Assembly (NCBI GenBank): GCA_905234985.1
Contig: CAJOJQ010000032.1
Coordinates: forward strand, 9,915 to 73,914
Reading direction: 5' to 3'
Origin: an uncultured Christensenellaceae bacterium
GTDB taxonomy: Bacteria > Bacillota > Clostridia > Christensenellales > Aristaeellaceae
DNA: 64,000 nt
This document shows, one piece after another, positions 35,566 to 45,366 of this stretch; positions within the stretch are counted from its first letter, which is position 1; every line of letters starts with the position of its first letter. The position numbers were made by a program, and so were the translations under genes. The notes beneath the pieces are model-generated. The model was not told where the DNA came from, ran no database searches, and was given only the letters and a program-made list of their open reading frames with translations.

Positions 35566-35871
35566 TACCATTCAGCCTGCGGGTTCATAGTAACGCGCGG
35601 GCGGGTATTGCATACCCCCCGCGAATCCGCAGGCTCAATAGTCGCAAGTCCGCTTCATGCGGACATTGCTCCTTTTCGCCTGATCTCACCACAGGCGGTC
35701 ATCGGCGGTTCGTCCCCCCGCCCGGTTTTTCCTAAAATCCCTATGGGATTTCCGGGCGGAAAAACCGCAAGGTAGAAAAATTTCCTTTGGTCGTCTTCGT
35801 TCCCTTCAGAAATTTTTCGTCCTCCCGGCGTACACGCCGCCGGCGCGGATTACAGTCGGGGGAGTACCCCC
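35545..35871 (-). ncRNA. Unclassified structured RNA (copy D of the family; long form)
   Basis: Its reverse complement aligns with 4111..4436 end to end. It lacks about 20 nt of the core hairpin present in copies A-C. Confidence 0.5.
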
Positions 35872-36013
35872 GACGCCCCCCTCCGATGGTATGCCGCTTG
35901 ACTGTTATTCAGATACGTGAATGGTTACAATGAGAAATTGAGAGTTGACGGGGAGAGGGTAATGAGGTTGATGATCGCCATCAGGAGGCGGGCATTTTCC
36001 ATCCGGGCGCGAA

Positions 36014-37528
36014 TTACCTGCCGGATGTGATCAAACGCTTAATAAACTGACGTAATTCCAAGCATTCTTTTCTGTAGAAAAGCAAAGAGACGCCGCCGAC
36101 GATGGCAAAGCATCCCAGACAAATCAGGCATGAGAAAAGGCCCCAGGATAAATAGCTCGAAAAAGAAACCGCCGGGATCAGCTTCGCAAATAATATGATG
36201 AGACCGATTTCAAGGGCGGTGATCCCCGCCCGGAGGATTTCTGATTTTAACCCTTCCTTGTCTTGCAAGAGCTTCACTTGATAGTACCAGATATACTGAA
36301 CCGTTCTGAAAAGCATCGAAACCAGCGTTCCGATGGCGACGCCGATCAGGCCATAGTAAAACACGAGTATGACGGAGAGAACGATATTCAATACCGCTTC
36401 CAAAATGGCGCCGTTTCTCGTCTGCTTAAAATGCCCGGCGGCATACACCGCCGATTGATAGGGCAGCCGTACACAGTAAAAACCCTCCGCGATCAGCATG
36501 ACGACACCGAACGCAGGCCGTAAATAGTTTACGTCCGTGACCCCTCGGGTGTAGAGCTTTATGAAGGGCGAAACCGCAATCGCCGCTGTGGAAAAGAGAA
36601 TGACGGCGATCTGGATCGTTAATGTGGAGCAAAGCCGGACTCTTTTCTTCAGCGTTTCTTTCTCGCCCTTTGCGATCATGTTTCCAAAAGCCGGTTCCAG
36701 GCTGGATGAAAAGATGTTCACAACCTTTGAACATCCTGAAACCGCCAGCATATACACAGAATATACGGACACTTCCTTTACATTGGCCAGAACGGTCAAT
36801 ACGGCGATATCCGTGTTCTTATGAATGAAGAACGCTATATGCTGCGCCAGGCCGTCCCAGCGCTGCTTCAAAATCTCGTTTCGAGGCTTTGCCTTTTTAT
36901 CCAGCCGATAATGGCGTTTGACATAGCAGTAGAGTACCATGGGCCGGATCGCGTAGGCTGCCGCGGACCCGATTTTTACCGTGTGAACGCTTGCCCCAAG
37001 CCGGATCATGACGATGGTAAGGATCATATTCAGGAAAAGCGTGAGCGCCTGCAGAAGCGAAACGATGTATTTTCTTTGGTCGGCCTGAATGACCGTCTGA
37101 TGCGTGATTCCGAAGTAGTACTGGATAAACGTGCTGAAGGCAAGAATGACAATGAGCGCCGCTGTATACAGCCAGTCAAAGTCCTGATTGACCAGAAGGG
37201 GAAACAGAACCGAAAGAACAGCGACGTAAAGAAGAAAGATATAGGAGACCCTTCGATAAAAGTTTTCCAGGGCCCTGGCGTTTCCGCTCAGGGCAGCCGT
37301 GTCCTTTTCCGCCAAAGGCTTGTACAGGCTTGCCCGCCCGATAGCCCCGATCCCGGACTCTATCAGGGCGATATAGCTCAAAAACTGCGTAATGGAGGAA
37401 ATCAGTCCATTGACGCCGGAGCCGTATGTCAGAATGATATAATGCGGAACGACGAAACTGGTAACGGTCGCAACGATCAATTCCGCAATGGCCGCCAGAA
37501 AATTATAAAACGCTTTTTTGCTTCTCAT
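36014..37528 (-). CDS. Polysaccharide flippase (Wzx / MOP superfamily)
   Basis: 504 aa, about 14 TM segments, in the EPS cluster. Confidence 0.78.
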   Translation of the reverse strand: MRSKKAFYNFLAAIAELIVATVTSFVVPHYIILTYGSGVNGLISSITQFLSYIALIESGIGAIGRASLYKPLAEKDTAALSGNARALENFYRRVSYIFLLYVAVLSVLFPLLVNQDFDWLYTAALIVILAFSTFIQYYFGITHQTVIQADQRKYIVSLLQALTLFLNMILTIVMIRLGASVHTVKIGSAAAYAIRPMVLYCYVKRHYRLDKKAKPRNEILKQRWDGLAQHIAFFIHKNTDIAVLTVLANVKEVSVYSVYMLAVSGCSKVVNIFSSSLEPAFGNMIAKGEKETLKKRVRLCSTLTIQIAVILFSTAAIAVSPFIKLYTRGVTDVNYLRPAFGVVMLIAEGFYCVRLPYQSAVYAAGHFKQTRNGAILEAVLNIVLSVILVFYYGLIGVAIGTLVSMLFRTVQYIWYYQVKLLQDKEGLKSEILRAGITALEIGLIILFAKLIPAVSFSSYLSWGLFSCLICLGCFAIVGGVSLLFYRKECLELRQFIKRLITSGR

Positions 37529-37572
37529 TGTTCCTTACCATTTCCGGTGAATTTCATCACAGCGCGAAAGGG

Positions 37573-38871
37573 CTATTTCACCCGTTTTTTGTTTCCCATG
37601 CACGCCAGGCGGCAAAGGAAAATTGACAGAAACACGACGCGGACCGTTGAAACGAACAAGGTGTTCAGGGATTCTCTGAACGAAAAAACGACCGTCGTGA
37701 TGGTATAGATATATGCGCACAGACCGTATATGCCATGCGTGGACCGTTTATAAATCGTGCGTACAAACAATCCAACGACAACAAAAACGACGATGACCCC
37801 CAACAGTCCGTCTATGATATATCCCGTCCCGACCAGGGTGAAAGCATATCCTTTGAACGTTCCTGTATGGACTTCATAATTAAACCAGCGATCCGGATTG
37901 AAGAATAATCCGCCCGGAACAAAGGGATATAACATCTCCGTAAGGATCAGCAGGTAATTTCGGCAGCCCTTCGTCCAGGGGTTGTTCAATAAATACTGAA
38001 AATTTCTGCCCTGAGAGATAAAATCGGTTTTTAAAAACTGGTATAATATGCCGCCATCTCGATCCGCGGTATTGATTATGCCGGAGGAAAAGTAATACTT
38101 AAAATACACAGATAAGATCATTACCAGGACGAAAAGCGGAATAAGAATCAGAAAATGCCTTTTCTTTATGATTTTCAAGTAGAAAAGAGCGAACACGATC
38201 ACAACGGTAAATCTTATGAACGCGTCTCTTTCTCCCGTATATAAGGTAAACAAAAGGGTAGGCAGGGCAAAGAGCAGGATTTGCAGCTTTCCGTTCTTAA
38301 AGCGATCCTTCTTTTTTATGGAGGAGCATACTTTAAGCAGAACAAAAAAAGTCAGGTATCTCGCGCAATAAACGCCGATCCGATAAAAAGGATCGTTCGC
38401 CTGCTTCATCTCGGATTTTCCGCCGTATCCGGATAAAACAAGGGCAGCCACGCAGGCAAACAGCAAGGCTGTCAATATCCAAGAGCATACATCCACAAAC
38501 TTATAGGGAAATTTCGCGTTCAGATCAATATCCTTCACCTTATAGGATTTGTCGCCCATGGCTGTTAAGGCGACAAGCATGGCGATCATAGGATACAAGA
38601 CATTTTCTTTATTATAGCCGTTGGTCGCCAGGCCCATGCAGTACACCATCGCATATGCCGTACTGTACAGCGTGAAGCCCCCGGAAAACCATACGAAGGG
38701 ATGCGACAGCTCAAATTTTATCGACGCCATCGCCACAATACAAAACGCCCACATCACGCAGATATGGATGATGGCGTCGTCAAGACACCACGCGGCAAAA
38801 CAGCTTAACACCCCAACCAATATGACCAGTAAAAAACGGAGCTTTTTCTTCGTCCATGCCATTTTCGGCAA
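37573..38871 (-). CDS. O-antigen/EPS polymerase-like polytopic membrane protein (Wzy-like)
   Basis: 432 aa, more than 10 TM segments, with a large loop. Called from context. Confidence 0.6.
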   Translation of the reverse strand: MPKMAWTKKKLRFLLVILVGVLSCFAAWCLDDAIIHICVMWAFCIVAMASIKFELSHPFVWFSGGFTLYSTAYAMVYCMGLATNGYNKENVLYPMIAMLVALTAMGDKSYKVKDIDLNAKFPYKFVDVCSWILTALLFACVAALVLSGYGGKSEMKQANDPFYRIGVYCARYLTFFVLLKVCSSIKKKDRFKNGKLQILLFALPTLLFTLYTGERDAFIRFTVVIVFALFYLKIIKKRHFLILIPLFVLVMILSVYFKYYFSSGIINTADRDGGILYQFLKTDFISQGRNFQYLLNNPWTKGCRNYLLILTEMLYPFVPGGLFFNPDRWFNYEVHTGTFKGYAFTLVGTGYIIDGLLGVIVVFVVVGLFVRTIYKRSTHGIYGLCAYIYTITTVVFSFRESLNTLFVSTVRVVFLSIFLCRLACMGNKKRVK

Positions 38872-38923
38872 CTCCTCTAAATCGTCAGCTTCTGAGGCCG
38901 GCGTGGTCGCAAACAGCGAACGT

Positions 38924-39805
38924 CTATTTGACGAATTTCTTTTTCCAATACGCGCCCAGGGCGATTCCGGGCAGATACGCGATTTTGCTGAACGCCTTCA
39001 AATATTCGTTGCCCTGCACGTTCTTTCCGCCGATGGAAGCGTAGGCGTATCCCATGGCCGAGTATTTCAGCCTGTTGAAAAAAGAGGAACCGTTTCCCTG
39101 CATCAGCCCGCAATACTCCACCATGCCGTTGGGGCTTTTTACTTTGAGCCTGCGCCCCTGCTTCGTTATGCCGCCTTCGAGAAATTCCGTGGTTCCAATG
39201 ATTTCGCGGCACCAAAGCAGCCGCTGATTCTTCGCCGTGGCTTTCATCATCAGGGTAGAGGGCGCGATGTACCTTTCACCTTTATAAATGGTAAAACGCA
39301 CTCCCCCTAACTTCTTCACAAAATAGCCGATATAGCCGCCCGTCGTCCTTTTCCTGGAGATGTGTTCCTGCACGGACATGAAATAATCCTGATCGACGTA
39401 GGGGGCCGGCGCAATTCCGCCCTTTTCATCCCGTCGGCAGAAATTCATGGCAACGCAGTCAGAATCCCTGTACGTCTCCGCATATTTCCAGATCACATCC
39501 ACCGCGCTTGGAGACAGAACCTCATCGTCGTCGATCACCGCAAAAAATTCCACCTCAGGCGTCAGCACGTCAATGGCCGTGTTGGTCGCCCTCCCCTTCC
39601 CCGAATTTTCCTGTTTCATCACGAAGACGTCCAGCAGCTTCTCTTTTTGTATTTCCCTGCACACTTCTTCCGTTTCAGGCCCGCTTCCGTCGTCTACGAT
39701 GACCCAGGAAAATTCTTTCTTCTCCTGATTCAGCAGGGATTTGTACAGCTCCCGGAGCTGATCGGGGTGGTTGTAGGTGGCGGTGAAAATAACGATTGGT
39801 TTCAT
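38924..39805 (-). CDS. Glycosyltransferase family 2
   Basis: ...FTATYNHPDQL...VIVDDGS...DDDE... GT-A motifs. Confidence 0.82.
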   Translation of the reverse strand: MKPIVIFTATYNHPDQLRELYKSLLNQEKKEFSWVIVDDGSGPETEEVCREIQKEKLLDVFVMKQENSGKGRATNTAIDVLTPEVEFFAVIDDDEVLSPSAVDVIWKYAETYRDSDCVAMNFCRRDEKGGIAPAPYVDQDYFMSVQEHISRKRTTGGYIGYFVKKLGGVRFTIYKGERYIAPSTLMMKATAKNQRLLWCREIIGTTEFLEGGITKQGRRLKVKSPNGMVEYCGLMQGNGSSFFNRLKYSAMGYAYASIGGKNVQGNEYLKAFSKIAYLPGIALGAYWKKKFVK

Positions 39806-39809
39806 TTGC

Positions 39810-41015
39810 TTATGTCCCTCCGTTCCCGCGGCGGCGTCTTCCCCAATGTACGAGCTTTCTTATGAAATTATGGATATGAAGCAAATGCAGCGCGCGCCTT
39901 GCTCCGCGCTTCAATCTGACGCTGAAATTGATAGGCGTGTATTTCTTAACGAACTGTTTCGGCGTCAGTGAATCGCAGTCCTGATACAGCGTTTTCATAT
40001 CGGTTTTCGCCCGGCCCAGCGGTTTTCTGTTCAGCTTGTCTTTCACAGAATCCAGGGGTATTTCCTTATACCGCATGTACCCGACGGACGAAGCGACCAG
40101 CTCGCCGCCCTTTTTCGTCCAAACCGCCATGGCTGTCGTGCCCTTGTTGTCGTTCCACTCCGGCGCGTAGTTCTGGACGTCCCAGCAATCCCAAATCGTT
40201 ATATCGGATGCTCTTGTACCCGTCTGATAAGGACACCCATAGCACAATTCCCGATTGCAGAAGCCGCCTAAGAACAGGCGATACCAGGGGTCTGATTCGC
40301 TGCTGCCCCTGTACAATACCTTTTCTCCCTGGCAGAGCGCCATGCAGGAATAGAAATAACCGCGGCTCTTATCCCTAAAGAAGATGCGGTCGAAGGTAGG
40401 ATACTTTTCTTTCTGATACGCCAAATACTTCTGAAACACTTTCGGCGACGGCGCCGACTTGCACACAAGGTCCACGGTGAACAGGTTCTCATACTCCCTG
40501 CCCAAATACCGCTTCAAGCCGTATATCTGGCAGGGCGTGCCGCTGAAGCAGACCGGCCTGCCCGCCTGCAGGAGCTTTTCCGCCTCCCTGTACGTCAGGC
40601 CAATCCAGCTCTGCACATATTTGGAGCCGCGGAACCGGGCCAAATCGCTTTCCCTGTCCGCGCAAACGTGGGAAACCCTGCCGTCTTTGTCTATGGCCGC
40701 CCCGAAAACCGCTCCGCCCTTTTCGATCACGGCCTTCGCAAGGGCCGTAAAGGCTCCGCCGCTTGAGGACTGTCTGCGAATTTCTTCCTCTTTATTCTGG
40801 ACAATATACGCTTTCGGCGCTTCGCTCTGATATGCGGGCTTTTCCAAAGCGGGGCATGCCCGCGCGCACGCGCCGCATTCCACGCATTTTTCCTGCGCGA
40901 TGACCGGGAACCAGAAGCCCGTTTCGTCGGGTTCCATGGAAAGAGCGCCCGTCTTACAGGCGTTCAGGCACGCGGAACAGCCGCTGCATTTTTCTTTCGG
41001 AACAAGTGCGATCAT
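39810..41015 (-). CDS. FrhB/FdhB-like (coenzyme F420 hydrogenase beta-like) 2x[4Fe-4S] protein
   Basis: CSGCSACLNAC and CVECGACARACP ferredoxin motifs, then an FrhB-like body. ATGA overlap with the pyruvyl transferase gene. Confidence 0.78.
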   Translation of the reverse strand: MIALVPKEKCSGCSACLNACKTGALSMEPDETGFWFPVIAQEKCVECGACARACPALEKPAYQSEAPKAYIVQNKEEEIRRQSSSGGAFTALAKAVIEKGGAVFGAAIDKDGRVSHVCADRESDLARFRGSKYVQSWIGLTYREAEKLLQAGRPVCFSGTPCQIYGLKRYLGREYENLFTVDLVCKSAPSPKVFQKYLAYQKEKYPTFDRIFFRDKSRGYFYSCMALCQGEKVLYRGSSESDPWYRLFLGGFCNRELCYGCPYQTGTRASDITIWDCWDVQNYAPEWNDNKGTTAMAVWTKKGGELVASSVGYMRYKEIPLDSVKDKLNRKPLGRAKTDMKTLYQDCDSLTPKQFVKKYTPINFSVRLKRGARRALHLLHIHNFIRKLVHWGRRRRGNGGT

Positions 41016-42199
41016 TGCTTTTCACCATTCTCCAACGCGTTCTTAAGATAGTCCATTGATTCGGCTCTTTTCATGGCGACCCTATTCAGCGCTTCCTGCC
41101 AGGCCGCGGGCATTTTCATGCACGTCTTTACGTCTTCATCCCCCCGAAGCATCCGTTCAGTAAGCCCGGTCCACGTAAGAAGCGTATACAGCCGGTCGTT
41201 GGTGGAAAACCCGCTGCCGTCCTCAAACCGCCTGAACGTGAAGAAGGGCGTGCAGTTCAGGATGGAAAAAACCGTGCCATGGAAGGAGTCTGTACACATG
41301 TATTTGGCGTGGCGGATGAGATTGACGAATTCCCCCGGCCCCACGTTGTACGGCTCCTCATCCGCCAGGCCCTCATCCGAAGGCACATAGGTCGCCCCGT
41401 GCATCAGCCCGACGATCTTGTACCCCGTCTCCGCCTTGAGCTTCTTTACAAATTCCCTGTGCAGCGGGTTGTCCCCCATAAAATAGACCAGGATATAGTC
41501 GCCGTCCATAAAAGGCTTTTCCGCCTGGATTTCGCGCCACTGCTCCGCGTCCAGCAGCATGGTGGGATCGCAGACCACGGGCACGTCCCGCCCCGTAAGC
41601 GCCTGAACGATCTTCTTCCCGGTTTCCTCGCGCACGCTGATGCTGTCGATGCGGTTCAGGAATTGGGCGGCATGCCTGCGAAGCCCTTTGGGCAGCTCGC
41701 TGACGCCGAAGGAGGTGGACAGGGCGATTTTGTCCACGGTATCGGGAACAAATTCCAGGGTGAAATAGCCGCCCGCAATATTGGAGGGCCGCCACAGCTG
41801 ATCGGAGCCGACCACCACGTGGCCGCACCCGGCGCTCTGCTGGCGAAGCGCGTTCCATCCGTTGACCCTGGGCAGGAATTTCAGCCGCATTTTATTGAAA
41901 TCCTGATACATCTGATGGCGGATGCGCATGTTTTCGGCGTACCTGTCGCTGAACACGTTCGTTTTCTTTCTTCCGCGGCTCAAAAGGCTGTCCAGCAGGT
42001 ACTTCCTTTCATCCTTTTGAAAAATCCGGGTGAGATAGTACCCGATCTTTTTCCTGTTGACGTCGCGATGAACCCCTTGAATATCAAAAATGCCCGTTTC
42101 GTAGCCCAAATCGTTCAGCACGCGCTGCGTCGCGTAGGTTTGCAGCGCGCTGCCGAAGTTGTCCTTGTAGGTGACAACCGCCAATCCGACCGTTTGCAT
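41012..42199 (-). CDS. Polysaccharide pyruvyl transferase
   Basis: ATG at 42199 behind GGAGGA. ...NFGSALQTYA...GSDQLW... motifs. Confidence 0.8.
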   Translation of the reverse strand: MQTVGLAVVTYKDNFGSALQTYATQRVLNDLGYETGIFDIQGVHRDVNRKKIGYYLTRIFQKDERKYLLDSLLSRGRKKTNVFSDRYAENMRIRHQMYQDFNKMRLKFLPRVNGWNALRQQSAGCGHVVVGSDQLWRPSNIAGGYFTLEFVPDTVDKIALSTSFGVSELPKGLRRHAAQFLNRIDSISVREETGKKIVQALTGRDVPVVCDPTMLLDAEQWREIQAEKPFMDGDYILVYFMGDNPLHREFVKKLKAETGYKIVGLMHGATYVPSDEGLADEEPYNVGPGEFVNLIRHAKYMCTDSFHGTVFSILNCTPFFTFRRFEDGSGFSTNDRLYTLLTWTGLTERMLRGDEDVKTCMKMPAAWQEALNRVAMKRAESMDYLKNALENGEKQ

Positions 42200-42218
42200 T
42201 GCTTTCCTCCAGCCAGGG

Positions 42219-43376
42219 TCAGGCGTCCCTGATTTTTTTCGCTTCCGCATAGAGCGCCAAATGTCCTGATATATTCTTTTCGAGCGAGTATGCTTCCCTC
42301 ACCCGCCGGAAATTTCGCTCTTTCTCCATCGCTAATTTCTCTTTGTCCCGGGACCAAATCAGCATATGATCCGCAAATTCCTTCGCGGTGCTGTGTACCG
42401 TGGCGGGATTGTTCACCACCTCCACAGCGCCTCCGGCGTCGGTGGTCAAAACGGCGGTTTTGCGGCTCATGGCTTCCGCCAGCGTCCTGCCAAAGGACTC
42501 CGTTTGGGGCCGTGAGGTGAGAATGAACACGTCGATATCGTAGTAAAAATCCTCCATCTCTTTGAACGGAACGTTGATCCTTCCCCGGAATCTGTCGCCG
42601 TATTTGGATTTCATTCTTTCAAACATCGCCCGGGTTTTTGCTTCATCCGCCGCGTCGAAGCATACGACGTACATCACATAATGGGCGGCGGGATCGTTCC
42701 GATCCGTTTCTTCACAGATGCGCTCGGCCAGGGGCCAATCCTTCCAATCGCACATTCTTCCCGCAAATCCGATCGTCAGGTAATCGTTGTTTGGCAGACT
42801 GGCCTCGTCGATCGTCTCATAGATTTCGCCCGCCGTATTCCCAATGACCGCATACAGCAGCTTGATTCCCTTCTTCCGGTTCGCTTCCTCCCAGCACCGC
42901 CTGTTGAATTCCGTCGTGGTGACAAGCACGTCCAAATATCTGAAGGAAAACTGAAACAGCCATCGAAAGAATCCGTTGTATTTGGTGTAAAGGCCTCTGT
43001 CCGTATGAATGAACACGATGTCTCTGGGTATTCTTCTCAATCTGCACAGCAGCATCACCATAAAGAAGCTGACCTGACTGTTGGTATGAATCACCCTCGG
43101 ATCAATTTCCCGGATCCGTCTGCCCACTTTAAAGATATAAGAGATAAAAGCAAACGGATGCTTGATCAAATACTTCGTTCTTTCATATTTCGTTTCGTGA
43201 TAAAACGGCACGTTTGACGGGCTTTCGTCATGGGAACCGGGCTGAATGACGGCCAGCTTATATTTTTGCGACACCCCGTTGAGAATGATCGTCAGGGATT
43301 CTTTTTCGCCGCCTTCGATTTTCATGCTGTTATCCGTTAAATAAACGATATCCGCATGTTTATTGCTTTCGCTCAT
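42219..43376 (-). CDS. Glycosyltransferase family 4 (GT-B)
   Basis: C-terminal ...ESFGRTLAEAMSxxTAVLTTDAGG... E-x7-E-type motif. Confidence 0.82.
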   Translation of the reverse strand: MSESNKHADIVYLTDNSMKIEGGEKESLTIILNGVSQKYKLAVIQPGSHDESPSNVPFYHETKYERTKYLIKHPFAFISYIFKVGRRIREIDPRVIHTNSQVSFFMVMLLCRLRRIPRDIVFIHTDRGLYTKYNGFFRWLFQFSFRYLDVLVTTTEFNRRCWEEANRKKGIKLLYAVIGNTAGEIYETIDEASLPNNDYLTIGFAGRMCDWKDWPLAERICEETDRNDPAAHYVMYVVCFDAADEAKTRAMFERMKSKYGDRFRGRINVPFKEMEDFYYDIDVFILTSRPQTESFGRTLAEAMSRKTAVLTTDAGGAVEVVNNPATVHSTAKEFADHMLIWSRDKEKLAMEKERNFRRVREAYSLEKNISGHLALYAEAKKIRDA

Positions 43377-43525
43377 TTAGCATGCTGTCCTTTCTGTGCT
43401 TGATGCAAAGGAATGATCCCAAAATCTGATAAAAAGCAGATAAGGCCCCGCGCCTTTTTCGTTCCAGCGACGCTGAACGCGAAAGACGCGGCAGCCCGGG
43501 CCGAAATGAAACGGGAACGGAGCCT

Positions 43526-44329
43526 TTAGAGAATGTCGTCTTCTTTCCAGAACACGTGAAAGCTGCCCAGGCAGCATTTGCAATCCATTTTGAAGCTCAA
43601 ATGCTTCGTATACTCCCCGTCCAGCCTGGACTTTTCCGGAATTTCAAGCCTGTCCCGACCATTGATCTGCGCCCAGCCGGTGAGGCCGGGCTTGATGTCG
43701 TTCGCGCCCCACTTATCCCTTTCCGCCGTAAGCAGCTCCTGATTCCACAGCCCGGGGCGCGGCCCGACGATGCTCATGTTTCCGATGAAGATATCCCATA
43801 ATTGAGGAAGCTCGTCCAGGCTGTGCGCGCGCATGAACCGTCCCGATTTTGTCAGATATTGTTCCGATTTTTTCAGCATGTGCGTGGGAACGTTATGGGG
43901 CGCGTCGCGCTTCATGGACCTGAATTTGTGCAGCTTGAAATACTGCTTGTCCTTCCCGATTCTTTTCTGGGTGAATATGACGGCTCCCGGGTCTTCGATC
44001 AGGATCCAGAGGGAAAGAAAAAGAAATACGGGCGAAAGAATAATCATTCCGCAAAAAGACACAATAATATCCAGCATTCGCTTGAATACTTTTTCATACA
44101 GGCCGGCCTGATGACAGCTGTTTCCAACCGCCTCCAGATGCCCCCTCACACCGTCGGCATTTTCTTCTTCCGCTTCGTTCTCCACAAACCGAACCATCTT
44201 CCCCTGCATGGGGTTCTGCTGGCTTTTATCATTCTTATATACGCTTCCCGGCTTTTTGAGGACGGCCACGATCCCCATCAATACAAAAAGCCCGGCGATT
44301 ATCCATAAAAATACGAACCACGGGTTCAT
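43526..44329 (-). CDS. Undecaprenyl-phosphate sugar phosphotransferase (bacterial sugar transferase, priming enzyme)
   Basis: ...KRxxDIxxS...PxFxQxRxGxxGxxFxxxKFRSM...DELPQLWxxxxGxMSxVGPRP... Confidence 0.88.
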   Translation of the reverse strand: MNPWFVFLWIIAGLFVLMGIVAVLKKPGSVYKNDKSQQNPMQGKMVRFVENEAEEENADGVRGHLEAVGNSCHQAGLYEKVFKRMLDIIVSFCGMIILSPVFLFLSLWILIEDPGAVIFTQKRIGKDKQYFKLHKFRSMKRDAPHNVPTHMLKKSEQYLTKSGRFMRAHSLDELPQLWDIFIGNMSIVGPRPGLWNQELLTAERDKWGANDIKPGLTGWAQINGRDRLEIPEKSRLDGEYTKHLSFKMDCKCCLGSFHVFWKEDDIL

Positions 44330-44637
44330 ATGCTTTCCATCCTGTTCTAAAATTTTCCCTGCATACCCAAAGGCTTTCCGCAGGCGCTCCCTTGCGCCTC
44401 TATGCAAAATAGCTTCGCCATAACGGCAGGGCGATCCCCGCCGCGAAGCGACCCTATGAATGGAATGCCTGTCAATCCGGCAAGTGTCATCGGTATTGCA
44501 GCATCATCCCGCTTGATTTCAGAATTTGCGCCGCTGTCCATTGGCGGGATGCCCGCATCCGGCCCTTCGCCTCCCTTCTTCCCGCGTTTTGCAAACGCGC
44601 CGTGCCATGAATGCATTACATATAAATACATCTTATT

Positions 44638-44706
44638 TTACCACATCCGCAAAAGCAAGTCAACCGCCGCGCCGCTCTGCGGCACGGCTCACGCATGAAT
44701 GAAAAA
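44638..44706. repeat. Right copy of the imperfect direct repeat of about 70 bp flanking the EPS island
   Basis: TTACCACATCCGCAAAAGC...CAACCGCC...GCGGCACGGCTCACGCATGAATGAAAA. Confidence 0.55.
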
Positions 44707-44772
44707 TCACGCATGAACAGCGTTTTTCCGGGCATGCTAAGGGGTGAAAACAAGGAAGGAGGCGAAAAGCGC

Positions 44773-44976
44773 ATGGTGGATAAAATCGCGCTGCTGCTGG
44801 TGATCATCGGGGCCGTCAACTGGGGGCTGATCGGTGTGTTCCAGTTCGATCTGGTGTCCTACATTTTCGGCGGCCAAGGCGCGCTGATCAGCCGCATCAT
44901 CTATACGCTGGTGGGCGCAGCAGGCCTGTGGAGCATTTCTCTGCTGTTCCGGGATCGGGACCCGGTAAAAGACTGA
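44773..44976 (+). CDS. DUF378-like small membrane protein
   Basis: GGAGG-N9-ATG. MVDKIALLLVIIGAVNWGLIGxFxFDLV... is typical. Confidence 0.78.
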   Translation: MVDKIALLLVIIGAVNWGLIGVFQFDLVSYIFGGQGALISRIIYTLVGAAGLWSISLLFRDRDPVKD

Positions 44977-44993
44977 CGGACAGCAAAAACAAA

Positions 44994-45022
44994 CCCGCCG
45001 GGCGCGTTCCGGCGGGCTTTTT
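44994..45022 (+). terminator. Intrinsic terminator
   Basis: CCCGCCGG-GCGCGTT-CCGGCGGG-CTTTTT. Confidence 0.75.
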
Positions 45023-45042
45023 GCGTATCTCGCATGAATTGC

Positions 45043-45255
45043 TCAAGGCAGTTCTGAATAGCTCATATCCTTGTTGTCCCCGCGCAATGACGGCGGAATA
45101 ATCTCCCCGGTTATTTGAAAGCGCGGCTCCTCGTACAGCAGCCCCTTCGGATATTTCTTTGAGAATTCTTCCCACTCTCTGTCGAATGCTTGAAGGGCTT
45201 CTTCCTCCGTCATTTTCTCCAATTCCTCGGGCGTGACTTCCTTGTACTTCTTCAT
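45043..45255 (-). CDS. Hypothetical acidic small protein
   Basis: ORF only. ATG at 45255 behind GGAGAG. Confidence 0.35.
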   Translation of the reverse strand: MKKYKEVTPEELEKMTEEEALQAFDREWEEFSKKYPKGLLYEEPRFQITGEIIPPSLRGDNKDMSYSELP

Positions 45256-45316
45256 TTCAATACGTCTCTCCATGAGGAAATTGCCTTTCCTTTACGGCTT
45301 TCTTGGATGGGGGTCT

Positions 45317-45357
45317 GGGGGAAACCATTCTTTGGCCCCCAAAGAATGGTTTCCCCC
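45317..45357. repeat. REP-like hairpin GGGGGAAACCATTCTTTGG / CCAAAGAATGGTTTCCCCC (full copy)
   Basis: 19-bp perfect arms and a 3-nt loop, just downstream of the dnaA stop. Confidence 0.8.
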
Positions 45358-45366
45358 AGAAAAATC

